Assembly (NCBI GenBank): GCA_041658765.1
Contig: JBAZZO010000006.1
Span: 37,947-101,946 of the forward strand
Direction: 5' to 3'
DNA length: 64,000 nt
From: Coriobacteriia bacterium
Lineage (GTDB): Bacteria; Actinomycetota; Coriobacteriia; Anaerosomatales; JBAZZO01
The notes under the pieces are model-generated. The model worked only from the letters and a program-made list of their open reading frames with translations. It was not told where the DNA came from and made no database searches. The position numbers and the translations under genes were made by a program. Positions 9,182-18,903 of this stretch are shown here, piece after piece; within the stretch, counting starts at the first letter, position 1, and the number at the start of each line of letters is the position of its first letter.

Positions 9182-11323
9182 ATGTCCGAGAGCAGTGGAC
9201 CGGCGCCGCGGAGGGTATCTAGAACCGTGGAGGCTACACCCGAGGAGACGCGGATGACCGAGGAAGACGAACCGATGCTCCTCTTCGAAGAGGACCCTCT
9301 GCCCGCGTGGGTGTGCGATCCGCTCACCCTGCGGGTGCTTGAAGCGACCCCGGACGCATCGGCGTTGTTCCCGGACGGGACCGGGACGATCGTCGGCTCG
9401 TCGGCAGCGGACCTCGTTGCGCCGGAGGAGTCCGCGGCCCTGTGCACGTGGTTGCGCGCCGCGGGCGCCACGTCGCGCACGCGTGTTTTCCGATGCGGGC
9501 GCCCCGGTGGCGTCGCGCACGTCGAGTTCGCCGTCCGGCGCGCGACCCGGGGAGGCGTCGAGCGCATCCTGTGCCACGGACGCGACGCGACCGCGCAGCG
9601 CGATGCGGAGGCGCGGGCGCGCGGTTGGGAGGAGAGATACAGGGCGCTCACCCTGGGAGCGAACGACGGCATGTGGGAGATCGACCTGCCGGCGCAGCGG
9701 CTGAGAGTCTCCCCGCGACTCGCGGCGATGGTCGGTCTCGACGAGGACGATCTCTCGGGCGACCCCGAGGGATGGCTCGGGCTCGTCCACCCCGATGACC
9801 GGCCCGACGTCGATCTCGAGATCGACCTGCATCTCAAGGGGCTCACGCCCCACGTCGAGCGCGAATGCCGCATGCTCGCCCGCGACGGCACGTATCGCTG
9901 GGTGCTGCTGCGGGGCGAGGCCGTGCGCGACGGCGACGGCGTCGCCGTGCGCCTCGCGGGCTCCCAGACCGATATCGGCGACCGCAAGCGGTTCGAGGAA
10001 CAGTTCGTGGCGCACGCGCTCTACGATCCGCTGACGGGCCTCGCGAACAGGGCGCTGTTCACCGACCGGCTCTCCTTCATGCTCGCACGCCTGCGCAGGG
10101 ACCCGCGGCTCCAGTTCGCGGTCTTCTACATCGACATCTACCGCTTCACGGCGGTCAACCAAGGACTGGGCCACGCGAACGGCGATGCGGTGCTGCGGGA
10201 GGTGGCGCGCCGGATCGCCGAAGACGCCGGGAGTGGGGCGACCGTCGCCCGTTTCGGGGGCGACGACTTCGCCCTCCTCATGGAAGAGCCCGATGCGGTG
10301 TCGGAGCCGCTCGCGCGAGCGCGAGGACTGCTCGCCTCGTTCGGCGAGCCGGTCCGCATCGGGGGCGAAGAGGTCTTCGCCCGGGCGAGCGTCGGCGTCC
10401 TGGTATGTTCCGATCCCGATACGGGACCCGAGGATGTCATCCGCGACGCGGAGACCGCGATGCGCCGGGCGCAGGAGGAAGGCCCGGGCGGCGCGGTCCT
10501 GTTCGTCCCAGGGATGCAGGCGGATGCGGCGCAGAGGCGACAGGTCGAGGCCGAGCTGCGCCGAGGGCTCTCTCGTGGCGAGATAGTGCCGTACTTCCAG
10601 CCGATAGTGTCCCTGCGCGGCATGCGTATCGTCGGCGCCGAAGCGCTCGCGCGCTGGGTCCACCCCGAGCGCGGGGTCGTCTCCCCGGTGGACTTCATCC
10701 CCGTCGCGGAGGAGACCGGGTTGATCGTGGATCTCGGGGAGGCAGTCCTTGCCGCGGCTTGCGTGAGATGCCGTTCGTGGCTCGACGACCATTCGCCGGA
10801 CGTCTCGGTCGCGGTGAACCTCTCCGCACTGCAGTTCGTCCCGGAACGACTCTCCGCAGTCGTCGCGAGCGCTCTGGCCGACAGCGGTCTCGAACCACGC
10901 CATCTCGAGCTGGAGGTCACGGAGAGCGCCGTGATGCATGATCCCGAATCGTCGCTCGCGATCATGAACGATGTCTCCGCCTACGGGGTCAGGTTCTCTA
11001 TGGACGACTTCGGGACCGGATACTCGTCGCTGTCGTATCTCAGGCGCTATCCGTTCGACTCGATCAAGGTCGACCGTTCGTTCGTCACCGACGTGGCGAC
11101 GGACGCGGACAGCGCCATGATGGTCGCCGCGATAGTCGGTCTCTCCCACGGCTTCAAGGCGTCGGTGGTCGCCGAAGGGGTCGAGACCGTCGAGCAGCTC
11201 GACTTCCTCCGCGCGCTCCGCTGCGACCAGGTCCAGGGGTTCCTGCTGGGAAGACCGATGCCGCCGGACGACTTCGCCGCGCTGCTCGACGCCGGACTCC
11301 CGGGATACCTGCTGCGGGCCTAG
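9182..11323 (+). CDS. PAS-GGDEF-EAL signalling protein (c-di-GMP turnover)
   Basis: PAS-like repeats come first. The GGDEF domain reads RFGGDDFALL. The EAL domain is complete (EALARW, ELEVTES, DDFGTGYSSLSYL, KVDRSFV, QGFLLGRP). The start is uncertain: ATG at 9182 or ATG at 9254 after GAGGAG. Confidence 0.85.
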   Translation: MSESSGPAPRRVSRTVEATPEETRMTEEDEPMLLFEEDPLPAWVCDPLTLRVLEATPDASALFPDGTGTIVGSSAADLVAPEESAALCTWLRAAGATSRTRVFRCGRPGGVAHVEFAVRRATRGGVERILCHGRDATAQRDAEARARGWEERYRALTLGANDGMWEIDLPAQRLRVSPRLAAMVGLDEDDLSGDPEGWLGLVHPDDRPDVDLEIDLHLKGLTPHVERECRMLARDGTYRWVLLRGEAVRDGDGVAVRLAGSQTDIGDRKRFEEQFVAHALYDPLTGLANRALFTDRLSFMLARLRRDPRLQFAVFYIDIYRFTAVNQGLGHANGDAVLREVARRIAEDAGSGATVARFGGDDFALLMEEPDAVSEPLARARGLLASFGEPVRIGGEEVFARASVGVLVCSDPDTGPEDVIRDAETAMRRAQEEGPGGAVLFVPGMQADAAQRRQVEAELRRGLSRGEIVPYFQPIVSLRGMRIVGAEALARWVHPERGVVSPVDFIPVAEETGLIVDLGEAVLAAACVRCRSWLDDHSPDVSVAVNLSALQFVPERLSAVVASALADSGLEPRHLELEVTESAVMHDPESSLAIMNDVSAYGVRFSMDDFGTGYSSLSYLRRYPFDSIKVDRSFVTDVATDADSAMMVAAIVGLSHGFKASVVAEGVETVEQLDFLRALRCDQVQGFLLGRPMPPDDFAALLDAGLPGYLLRA

Positions 11324-11324
11324 C

Positions 11325-12053
11325 GTGTGTCCCCGAACGGAAGGAGTGCCGAAGCCGGTGAGGACATCGCGGTTCCTGGAGAGGGTCGACCTCGTCGAGG
11401 GCGTAGCCTCCTTCCGGTTCGAACGGCCGAAGGGGTACGCCTACGAGCCCGGGCAGTACTTCGACGTTCGACTCGAGGCTGTGCGAGACGGTCGGGATGT
11501 CGAGCGCTTCACGATCTCCTGTGCGCCTGGGGACGCATACCTAGAGTTCACGACCCGCCTCTCGGGCTCGGCCTACAAGACCGCGCTCCAGGCGTTGCCC
11601 GAGGGCGGGGCCGTGGCCGTGTCGGACGCGGCGGGTCGACTGGTCGTCCCCCCCGGCGAACTCGAGACCGGCTTCCTCCTTGGCGGGATCGGGATCACTC
11701 CCGCACGCAGCATCCTGCGCGATGCGGCGCAGCGCGGCACGGGTCTGTCCGCGACGCTCTTCTACGGGAGCCGGGACGCGTCCAGCGTGGCGTTCCGCAA
11801 CGAGCTCGATGCCTACGAAACAGGAGGCGCCGGCGTTCGCGTGGTCCACGTGCTCGCGGCACCGTCCCCGGGTTGGGCCGGGGAGACGGGATTCATCACG
11901 GCCGAGATGGTGCGCCGCCACGTGAACGACCCGAGTCGGCTCTGGTGGGCTGTCAGCGGACCGCCGGCGATGGTCGCGGCGATGCGTACCGTCCTCGACG
12001 ACCTCCGCGTTCCCCCGGACCGGGCGGCCTTCGAGTTCTTCGCGGGATACTGA
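11325..12053 (+). CDS. FNR-like FAD/NAD(P)-binding oxidoreductase
   Basis: 242 aa. RFTISC (the RxYS-type FAD motif position) and GGIGITP (NAD(P) binding) are seen. GTG at 11358 has a better-placed GGAG and may be the true start. Confidence 0.65.
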   Translation: MCPRTEGVPKPVRTSRFLERVDLVEGVASFRFERPKGYAYEPGQYFDVRLEAVRDGRDVERFTISCAPGDAYLEFTTRLSGSAYKTALQALPEGGAVAVSDAAGRLVVPPGELETGFLLGGIGITPARSILRDAAQRGTGLSATLFYGSRDASSVAFRNELDAYETGGAGVRVVHVLAAPSPGWAGETGFITAEMVRRHVNDPSRLWWAVSGPPAMVAAMRTVLDDLRVPPDRAAFEFFAGY

Positions 12054-12115
12054 CGCGGATGGCCCGGAAGAGGGTACATACACTTGTGAGCATGATACCC
12101 GCTGGGGTATGAGAG

Positions 12116-12138
12116 GGACCGCGGGATCCCCGCGGTCC
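12116..12138 (+). other. perfect 10-bp stem hairpin (GGACCGCGGG-ATC-CCCGCGGTCC)
   Basis: Read directly from the sequence. It lies between the oxidoreductase stop and the next gene's RBS (GGGAG at about 12144). No U-tract follows. Confidence 0.5.
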
Positions 12139-12148
12139 AGGAAAGGGA

Positions 12149-12571
12149 GTGGCCCAGATGCAGATCGCGGCGCGCGTGTGTCACTACGAGCGCATGAACT
12201 ACGAGAGGTTCTTTGCTCGGGTCTTCGTGGCGCTCGGAGGTGTGTTCTGGATCATCGCGGCGTTCAGCTCTCAGATGGTGTTCCGCGGAACGAACGCTCT
12301 CGGTGCGATGGGCACGGCTGTTCTCCCGCTCGGGATCACCGTCGGCGCCCTCGTCGTCGGCTGGTTCTTCGAGCGGGTGGCGGGGATCGCGCTCCTGGCG
12401 GGCGCCGTCGCTTCGCTGGCGTGGGGTCTGGTCGCCGGCTGGGAAGCCGGAGTCTGGTGGACGACGCTCGGAGAGTTGACCGTCCCTCTGGTCGTCTCGG
12501 GCGTGCTCTTCCTGCTCGCCGCGCGCATGCAGGACATCTGCGCGTCCGCGACCGCGAGGTCGACGGACTAG
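12149..12571 (+). CDS. membrane protein, unknown function
   Basis: 140 aa with four hydrophobic helices. ATG is preceded by GGGAG. Confidence 0.5.
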   Translation: MAQMQIAARVCHYERMNYERFFARVFVALGGVFWIIAAFSSQMVFRGTNALGAMGTAVLPLGITVGALVVGWFFERVAGIALLAGAVASLAWGLVAGWEAGVWWTTLGELTVPLVVSGVLFLLAARMQDICASATARSTD

Positions 12572-12990
12572 GTCTCGACGACCTCCACAAGCTCTATCTC
12601 GAACGTCAGCGTCTGGCCCGCGAGCGGATGGTTGAAGTCGAGCGTGACGCTCTCGTCGCCGACGGCCGTTATCGTGGCCGCGAGTTCCTGACCGTCCTCG
12701 GCGACGAGGCGCACGACGGCACCCACGTAAGGGTCACCGGCGAACGCTTCGAGAGGGGCTATCTGCACCGCTTCTTCGACGCGCTCCCCGTACGCGTCTT
12801 CCGGAGAGAGGCGTACCGAAGTGGTGTCGCCGATGGCGAGTCCCGAGACGGCATGTTCGAAGCCCGGGATGATCTGCCCCGAGCCGAGAGTGAACTGGAG
12901 CGGGTCACGTCCGGCACTCGAGTCGAACTCGGAGCCGTCATCGAGTGTCCCGCGGTAGTGGACGCGGACGGTCTGTCCGTTGCTGGGCAT
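12568..12990 (-). CDS. FKBP-type peptidyl-prolyl isomerase, SlyD-like (with IF insert, no His tail)
   Basis: ATG at 12990 follows GGAGGAG. VRVHYRGTLDDGSEFDSS...LQFTLGSGQIIPGFE...LDFNHPLAGQTLTFEIELV is the SlyD/FkpA-type pattern. Confidence 0.8.
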   Translation of the reverse strand: MPSNGQTVRVHYRGTLDDGSEFDSSAGRDPLQFTLGSGQIIPGFEHAVSGLAIGDTTSVRLSPEDAYGERVEEAVQIAPLEAFAGDPYVGAVVRLVAEDGQELAATITAVGDESVTLDFNHPLAGQTLTFEIELVEVVET

Positions 12991-13270
12991 GGCTCCTCCG
13001 GTCGTCAACGGGAGCGGACGTGTCCACTCTAGCATCCTCCGGGCCGGGTGGCCGTCGGCCGGTCGTCGCCGATTGTGACGCAGGACACAGTTCGTGCTAC
13101 CGATGGTCGGCCCGGTCGTCGCATCGGCATACCGTTCAGACTCAGTTCACGCCCGCTGGACTCCATACCCTCACGGACTCCAAGGAATTGGGTAAACTTT
13201 AGAGGCTCCACCGGCCGATAACAACGGTGTCCATCATCCGCCGGACAAGGTGCCGTCTCGCTCTTGAGGC

Positions 13271-13675
13271 GTGCCGAGGAGGGATGGCGTGGGGACACCG
13301 AGCGAGGACGGGAGCGACGTGTACGACCTCGAGGGCGTTCTGGGACCTTCGGTCATGCAGTTCGTCGACCACCACGTCAGATCACTTCTGACGTGGGATA
13401 TCCTCGTGTTCTTCCACCGCAACCCCGACGCGGTCCTGGATGTGGAGGGTCTGGCGTCGAGGCTCGGTCGCCGCGTGGACGAGCTGGAACCCGAGATAGA
13501 TTCGTTGTGCGCCGGCAGGATACTGCAGAACGCGGGCGGTCTGGTCCGCTACAAGCCGAGCGCCGAGATGCGCGATGCCATCGGGAAGTTCGTCGAGGCG
13601 TGCCAGGAGCGTGGCCGCCGGCTCGCGCTCATCGCGCTCGTCCTGCACAAGATCAATCCGCATCCCGGCCAGTAG
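13271..13675 (+). CDS. hypothetical protein, possibly winged-helix-like
   Basis: 134 aa with coding-like composition. It is convergent with the HD-GYP gene. Start uncertain (GTG 13271). No firm motif. Confidence 0.45.
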   Translation: MPRRDGVGTPSEDGSDVYDLEGVLGPSVMQFVDHHVRSLLTWDILVFFHRNPDAVLDVEGLASRLGRRVDELEPEIDSLCAGRILQNAGGLVRYKPSAEMRDAIGKFVEACQERGRRLALIALVLHKINPHPGQ

Positions 13676-13694
13676 CAGGGCCGCACACGCGGGA

Positions 13695-15008
13695 TCACAG
13701 GTGGTCCGCGACCGCCGCGTCGAGGCTCTCGGGTTCGACGACCTCGACGATCGTGAGTTCGGACTCGGCGAGGTCGACGTCGACCGGTTCCGCCGCCTGC
13801 AGTCCGTCCGGGCCATAGACGATCCTTACCACGGGCGTGAGAAGGTCCGTGCCCTTGCGGCACACCACGCCGACCGACAGGTCCGAGAGTCGGACCATGC
13901 AACCGATCGGGAAGACGCCGAGCGCACGCACGAATAGTCGCGTGAAGACAGGATCGAGCGCTTTTGACTCCTGAAGAAGCCGGACGACGGCCTTGTCGGG
14001 AGTGCGGCTGTTGCCGGACGCATCCGGTTTCGTCAGCATCTCGTAGCGGTCCGCGATGGCCACCATCCGGCTGAACGGGTGCGGGACGTAGAGGTCGTCC
14101 CTCTCGGGGAATCCGCTGCCGTCCACGCCCATGTGGTGCTCGTACGCGACCAGCATCGGAGCGCGGTCGTCTCCGGGCATCCGCGCGAGGATCTCGGCGC
14201 CGACGACGGGGTGCATCGCGCGCGCAGCCTCCGCCTGCTCGGGATCGGAGACGTCGTACATAGCCTTCCCGATATCGTGGAGGAGCGCCGACAGCCCGAG
14301 CGATTCGAGGCCCTCCTGCGGAAGGCCGAGCTGCGCGCCTAGGGTGAGTGCGTAGATCATGACGTTGATGGAATGGAAGAGACTCTGCTCGCTCGAGGCG
14401 CGAAGGGTCGCCATGCCCAGCACCGCGGCCTCGTCTTCCATCAGCCGGCCGAGGATGGATTCGACCATGCCGCCGGCCTGCACGATATCGGGCTCCCCGC
14501 CCTGCTGGATGCGGGCGGAGACCCGGCGCATGACGCCGACGAGTTGGTGGTAGAGCGCGCGGTCCTCCCTCCGTTTCCGGTCGCGGTCCTCGCGGTCGTC
14601 GTCGGGATCGGCGAGCTCGGTCACTGCGACGTTCGTCGCCCCCCGCGCGAGAAGGGCCGCGTCGAGGTCGGGCTCGAGGTCGGGCCTGAGCGACAGCACC
14701 TCCGCGACCGCGACCGCGTCCGTCTCCGTGAACCCCGGCTGGAACGTGAGGGACACGAGACGGCGCGCCTCGAACGCCTCCGCGAGTGCGCACACGCCCG
14801 GTGCGTCGTCGGCGAGGATGTGGCTGCCCGCGTACAGACCGCCTTCATGGATGTTGAGCGAGAACGGGCCCGATGCCGCGCAAGCGCGTATCGCCCCCAC
14901 GAGCGCTTCGAGCGCTTCCCGGTGACGCGGGTGGGTCGGAGGGTAGAGCTGGAGCGCCTTTCGCGCCCCGGCGATCGCGGCGACGGCTGCAAGTGCGATG
15001 TCGCTCAT
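13695..15008 (-). CDS. HD-GYP domain phosphodiesterase (GFP variant) with uncharacterised N-terminal domain
   Basis: 437 aa. LLHDIGK and HHMGVDGSGFP are present. The N-terminal roughly 130 aa carries LQLYPPTHP. There is a 4-nt overlap with the upstream HEAT gene. Confidence 0.85.
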   Translation of the reverse strand: MSDIALAAVAAIAGARKALQLYPPTHPRHREALEALVGAIRACAASGPFSLNIHEGGLYAGSHILADDAPGVCALAEAFEARRLVSLTFQPGFTETDAVAVAEVLSLRPDLEPDLDAALLARGATNVAVTELADPDDDREDRDRKRREDRALYHQLVGVMRRVSARIQQGGEPDIVQAGGMVESILGRLMEDEAAVLGMATLRASSEQSLFHSINVMIYALTLGAQLGLPQEGLESLGLSALLHDIGKAMYDVSDPEQAEAARAMHPVVGAEILARMPGDDRAPMLVAYEHHMGVDGSGFPERDDLYVPHPFSRMVAIADRYEMLTKPDASGNSRTPDKAVVRLLQESKALDPVFTRLFVRALGVFPIGCMVRLSDLSVGVVCRKGTDLLTPVVRIVYGPDGLQAAEPVDVDLAESELTIVEVVEPESLDAAVADHL

Positions 15009-16996
15009 CGCTCGCCCCCCTTCGCCTGGATCTCGAGCGCCTGTCGCGCGAGTTCCTGTACCTGGGCGAAGTCCCCACGCTTGATCAGCGCGCGCCGCTG
15101 CACGAGCGCGCGCAACGCGTCGGTCGCGGCCGCCTCGGGCACTCGCGCGAGGCAGCCGATCAGCTCGCGCGCGAACCGGAAGTCCTTGCCGTCGACGTCG
15201 ATCTCACCGAGGCGGGCGGCGATGGCCGCGCCGGACCCCGGGATACCGCTGTGAGCGGTCAGGCGGGCTGCCGCGATCGCGACCTCCATGCTCGGGTCCC
15301 GCATGAGCGAGGAGAGGCGCGGGAGCGCCGACGGGCTTCCCGAGGCGGCGAGTCCCTTGGCGGCCTCGCGTCGCGACTGATCGTCGCCTCGCTTCAGCAG
15401 ACAGTCGAGCGCGGCGCTCGCGCGCGGATCGCTCGCACACGCGAGACGTCTCGCGATGGGAGCGACCTGGAACCACTGGGCGTTCGCGGCGAGGGCGGGA
15501 AGCGTGTCCACGAGACGCCGCCCGAGCAACGGCTCGGCGAGCTCGAGGCCGTCGCGACCCGGGAGCGCGAGGGCGGCGGCGGTGAGCGCAGTCTGGGCGA
15601 CCTCGCCGCCGCGACGGAGGATCTGCTGCGCGACAGGCACGAGGCCGGCGTCCTCGTCGACCGCCTCCAGGAGCGCGGTCATCGTGGCCTCGGCGAGAGA
15701 ATGCTCTATGGCGGCCGTGAGGACCGCGGTAAGTTCGGGCCACGGCTGCACCGCGCGTCCTTCGCGCGCCGCGAGCTCGGCGATCACTCGGTCCGCGAGC
15801 TCGAGTTCGCGCTTGCGGACGAGCACGCGGACCATCCCGGCGAGGCTCTCCACGCTCTTGCGGTAGAGAGCGAAATCGCTCTGCTGGTCGAGGAGGGAGA
15901 GCATCGTGGCCACCGCGCGGGCCTCGGTGCGGCCGACGTCGGCGGCGACCTCTTCGCATGCCCGTGCCGCGGCGTCCTCGTCGACCGACGCGACCTCCGC
16001 GACCTTCAGGTAGCCGTGTTCGGCCTCGAGCAGCGGCTGCTCCGCGGCGTTCGAAGAGCGCACCGCGAGCATGTGCCCGAGGAAGTCGACCTCCTTCGGA
16101 GTGTGGCCCGCCGTGGGGAGCAGAGACCTGACCTCGGAGAGGACCGCGTCGAGACGTCCACCGAGCGGGAGGCACGTCAGCGCGTTCGAGAGCGAGAGCA
16201 TGTTCTTGCCGTAGAGGCCACCGGTGACGGCTCCGGCCACCTGGTCCGTCCCGAGGCGGGCGAGGAACTCGCCGACCAGTGGTCGCGCGGCGGTCTCGTC
16301 GATGCCCAACCCGAGTATCGCGTCGCGACCTTCGGGGTCGAGGCCGCCGAAAGCTTCGGCGAGAGAGGCGAGAAGGCGCGAGCGTCCTTCCGCGCCCGAA
16401 GCGTCGGCCAGCTCGAGAAGGCCGTCGGCGAGAGTCGCCTGATCTCCACGTGCCGCCGTGCTCAGCCAGGTCGCGAGTCGCCCGGGATCCGCGGCCAACT
16501 CGGCGAGGAAGTCGTCGGCCATGTCGTCGCCGATCTCAGCGAAACCTGCCTCGACGACGGTCAGGGCCACCTCCATCACGCGCACCCGCTCGACGCCACG
16601 TGCCAGTAGGGCTGCCGAGAGCCCGCCGTCGGCGAGGACCGCCTCTGGTTCGGCGAGGACCGCCTGAAGGAACGAGAGGAGCTCGTCGGTCGAGCACCCG
16701 GGAAGGACGTCGAGTTCCGCGACGCCGTGGCCGCGAAGCGTCTGAGCGAGGTCTCCCACGGCCGGGGAGACGGCCACCGGCAGGCCGGCGGCCGAGAAGC
16801 CGGACCGGGTCACGGCCAGAGACAGGACCGGCCTTCCAGAGAGGCACTCGGCGATGGCGTCTGTCGCCTGCACGAGCGATTCGCGCGGGATGGGGCTCGA
16901 CGGTGGATAGAGGCGGAGGCTGCGCGCCGCGGAGGCCATGGCGCGAACCATCGCGTCCACGCACTGTTCTCCCTGGTTGTCCGGCATCCTCACCAT
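15005..16996 (-). CDS. HEAT-repeat protein sharing the N-terminal domain of its HD-GYP partner
   Basis: The N-terminus carries LRLYPPSSPIP. The C-terminus has HEAT/PBS-lyase-like repeats (...SPSALPRLSSLMRDPSMEVAIAAA...). Start uncertain (ATG 16996 or 16987; the track ORF extends to 17176). Confidence 0.65.
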   Translation of the reverse strand: MVRMPDNQGEQCVDAMVRAMASAARSLRLYPPSSPIPRESLVQATDAIAECLSGRPVLSLAVTRSGFSAAGLPVAVSPAVGDLAQTLRGHGVAELDVLPGCSTDELLSFLQAVLAEPEAVLADGGLSAALLARGVERVRVMEVALTVVEAGFAEIGDDMADDFLAELAADPGRLATWLSTAARGDQATLADGLLELADASGAEGRSRLLASLAEAFGGLDPEGRDAILGLGIDETAARPLVGEFLARLGTDQVAGAVTGGLYGKNMLSLSNALTCLPLGGRLDAVLSEVRSLLPTAGHTPKEVDFLGHMLAVRSSNAAEQPLLEAEHGYLKVAEVASVDEDAAARACEEVAADVGRTEARAVATMLSLLDQQSDFALYRKSVESLAGMVRVLVRKRELELADRVIAELAAREGRAVQPWPELTAVLTAAIEHSLAEATMTALLEAVDEDAGLVPVAQQILRRGGEVAQTALTAAALALPGRDGLELAEPLLGRRLVDTLPALAANAQWFQVAPIARRLACASDPRASAALDCLLKRGDDQSRREAAKGLAASGSPSALPRLSSLMRDPSMEVAIAAARLTAHSGIPGSGAAIAARLGEIDVDGKDFRFARELIGCLARVPEAAATDALRALVQRRALIKRGDFAQVQELARQALEIQAKGGER

Positions 16997-17136
16997 CCTC
17001 GCGACGAGCCTGCGCCGAGCCGACGCTCCGTGCCGCCGGGTAGATTCTCCGGCAACGCCTCGGCCGCGTCCATCATCCACCAGGACCTGCTTGCCCGCGC
17101 TGTTTGCGGCCGGTGACTCCTGGTAATGTATCGTCC

Positions 17137-18435
17137 ATGGGCAGCTACCTGGGCGAGATGTTGCTGATCGTTGCACTCGTCGTGTTGAACGGCTACTTCG
17201 CCGCCGCCGAGATCGCCCTCATCAGCGCCCGGCGCGCGAGCTTGAAGGCCGTCGCCGACGCCGGGTCGGAGGGCGCGAGGGTCGCGCTGCGGCTGACGGA
17301 GGATCCCTCGCGGCTGCTCGCCGCCGTCCAGGTCGGCATCACCTTCGTCGGCTTCCTCGCTTCCGCGACGGCCGCCGTCAGTCTCTCGCAAGGCGTCGCA
17401 GGGTGGCTCCGTTCGCTCGGATCCCCCGGGCTCGCGCGGGTCGCCGGTGGGCTGTCGGTGGTGCTGGTCACCGTCGCGGTCTCGTACCTGACGCTCGTGC
17501 TGGGCGAGCTGACCCCGAAGCGTTTGGGCCTACAGCGGGCGAACGCCGTCGCCGTGAGGGTGGCGAGGCCGATCGCGGTGCTGGCGGTGGTCGCGGCGCC
17601 GCTGACCTGGCTGCTGACCGTCTCGACCGACCTTGTCGGGCGGCTCTTCGGTCTGCCGCCGGGAGCGGGTCGCCCCGGCGTCACCGAGGAGGAGATCAAG
17701 CTCCTCGTGACGGAGCAGGGGACGCTGCTCGACGAAGAGAAGCGGATGATCCACGAGGTGTTCGAGCTGGGGGACACCGTCGCGCGCGAGGTCATGGTCC
17801 CCCGGGTGGACATGGTGCTCCTCGAGGACACGGTCACTCTCGGGGAAGCGCTGGGTGTCTTCACACGATCGGGATATTCGCGCCTTCCGGTCTTCCAGGA
17901 GGACCCCGACACCATCGTCGGCGTCGCGCTGCTGAAGGACCTCGTCGGTCTCGCGGCGTCCGGCCGTCTAGGCGAGCCGATCACGGAGCACATGCGCGGG
18001 CCGATCTTCGTGCCGGAGACGAAGCCGGTGCTGGCGCTCCTCTCGGAGATGCAGCTGACGCGCACGCACCTCGTGGTCGTCGTCGACGAGTACGGGGGCA
18101 CGGCGGGGCTCGTCACGATCGAGGACATCGTCGAGGAGGTCATCGGCGAGATAGCGGACGAGTTCGACAAGGAGCGCCGATACGTCACACAGACCTCCGA
18201 CGGCGTATGGGCGGTGGACGCGCGGTTGAGCGTCGAGGAGGCGCGGGAGACGTTCGGGTGGCCGGTGCCGGAGTCCGACGAGTACGAGACCGTGGCCGGT
18301 TGGGTGCTGATGGAGCTCGGCCACATCCCGGTCCCTGGTGAGACGGTGTGGATGGAGGGTTTCGAGGTCCGGGTGGAGGCGGTCCGCCGCCGGCGCATCG
18401 CGCGCCTCAAGGTCAGCAGGGAGTCCGGCGCCTGA
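17137..18435 (+). CDS. CNNM/CorB-type hemolysin family protein (DUF21-CBS-CorC_HlyC)
   Basis: ATG at 17137 (MGSYLGEMLLIV...). It has a DUF21 TM region, a CBS pair, and the C-terminal CorC_HlyC motif. Confidence 0.85.
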   Translation: MGSYLGEMLLIVALVVLNGYFAAAEIALISARRASLKAVADAGSEGARVALRLTEDPSRLLAAVQVGITFVGFLASATAAVSLSQGVAGWLRSLGSPGLARVAGGLSVVLVTVAVSYLTLVLGELTPKRLGLQRANAVAVRVARPIAVLAVVAAPLTWLLTVSTDLVGRLFGLPPGAGRPGVTEEEIKLLVTEQGTLLDEEKRMIHEVFELGDTVAREVMVPRVDMVLLEDTVTLGEALGVFTRSGYSRLPVFQEDPDTIVGVALLKDLVGLAASGRLGEPITEHMRGPIFVPETKPVLALLSEMQLTRTHLVVVVDEYGGTAGLVTIEDIVEEVIGEIADEFDKERRYVTQTSDGVWAVDARLSVEEARETFGWPVPESDEYETVAGWVLMELGHIPVPGETVWMEGFEVRVEAVRRRRIARLKVSRESGA

Positions 18436-18459
18436 CGCCGGGTGGACGAGGAGGAGCCC

Positions 18460-18897
18460 ATGGGCAAGACGCTCTACAGGAGCCGCGATGACCGCACGAT
18501 CGCGGGAGTCTGCGGCGGGATCGCGGAGTACGCGGGGCTCGACCCCGCGCTGGTGAGGCTCATCGCCGTCGCGCTGGCGGTGATCACGCACGGCGGAGCC
18601 ATCCTCGCCTACGTGATCATGGCGCTCGTCGTGCCGGAGACGCCCCTCGACGGCGTCGCGCAGTCCCCGGAGGCGACGACTCCGCAGCAGGCGGCGTCGA
18701 GTCCCGCACCCGCGCCGGTCGCCCCGGCACGCAGCGGCAGCGGACGCGGAGGAGCGACGTTCGGCCTCGTCCTCGTCGCGGTCGGCGCCGTGCTGCTCGT
18801 CGTCCGGTTCGCGCCGGGGCTCGATCTCGGCAGGCTCTGGCCACTCATCATCGTGGCGGTCGGCGCCGCGATGATCTTCGGCGGACGGAGGGGCTGA
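18460..18897 (+). CDS. PspC domain-containing membrane protein
   Basis: LYRSRDDRTIAGVCGGIAEYAGLDPALVRL is the PspC motif. ATG at 18460 is preceded by AGGAGG. An alternative GTG lies at 18442. Confidence 0.75.
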   Translation: MGKTLYRSRDDRTIAGVCGGIAEYAGLDPALVRLIAVALAVITHGGAILAYVIMALVVPETPLDGVAQSPEATTPQQAASSPAPAPVAPARSGSGRGGATFGLVLVAVGAVLLVVRFAPGLDLGRLWPLIIVAVGAAMIFGGRRG

Positions 18898-18903
18898 ACC
18901 GAC

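Noticed and set aside
15005-17176. Full-length 723-aa version of the first HEAT protein
   Set aside because: Its first 60 or so residues would overlap the divergent CorB gene start region and look non-coding. The conserved N-domain begins shortly after ATG 16996/16987.
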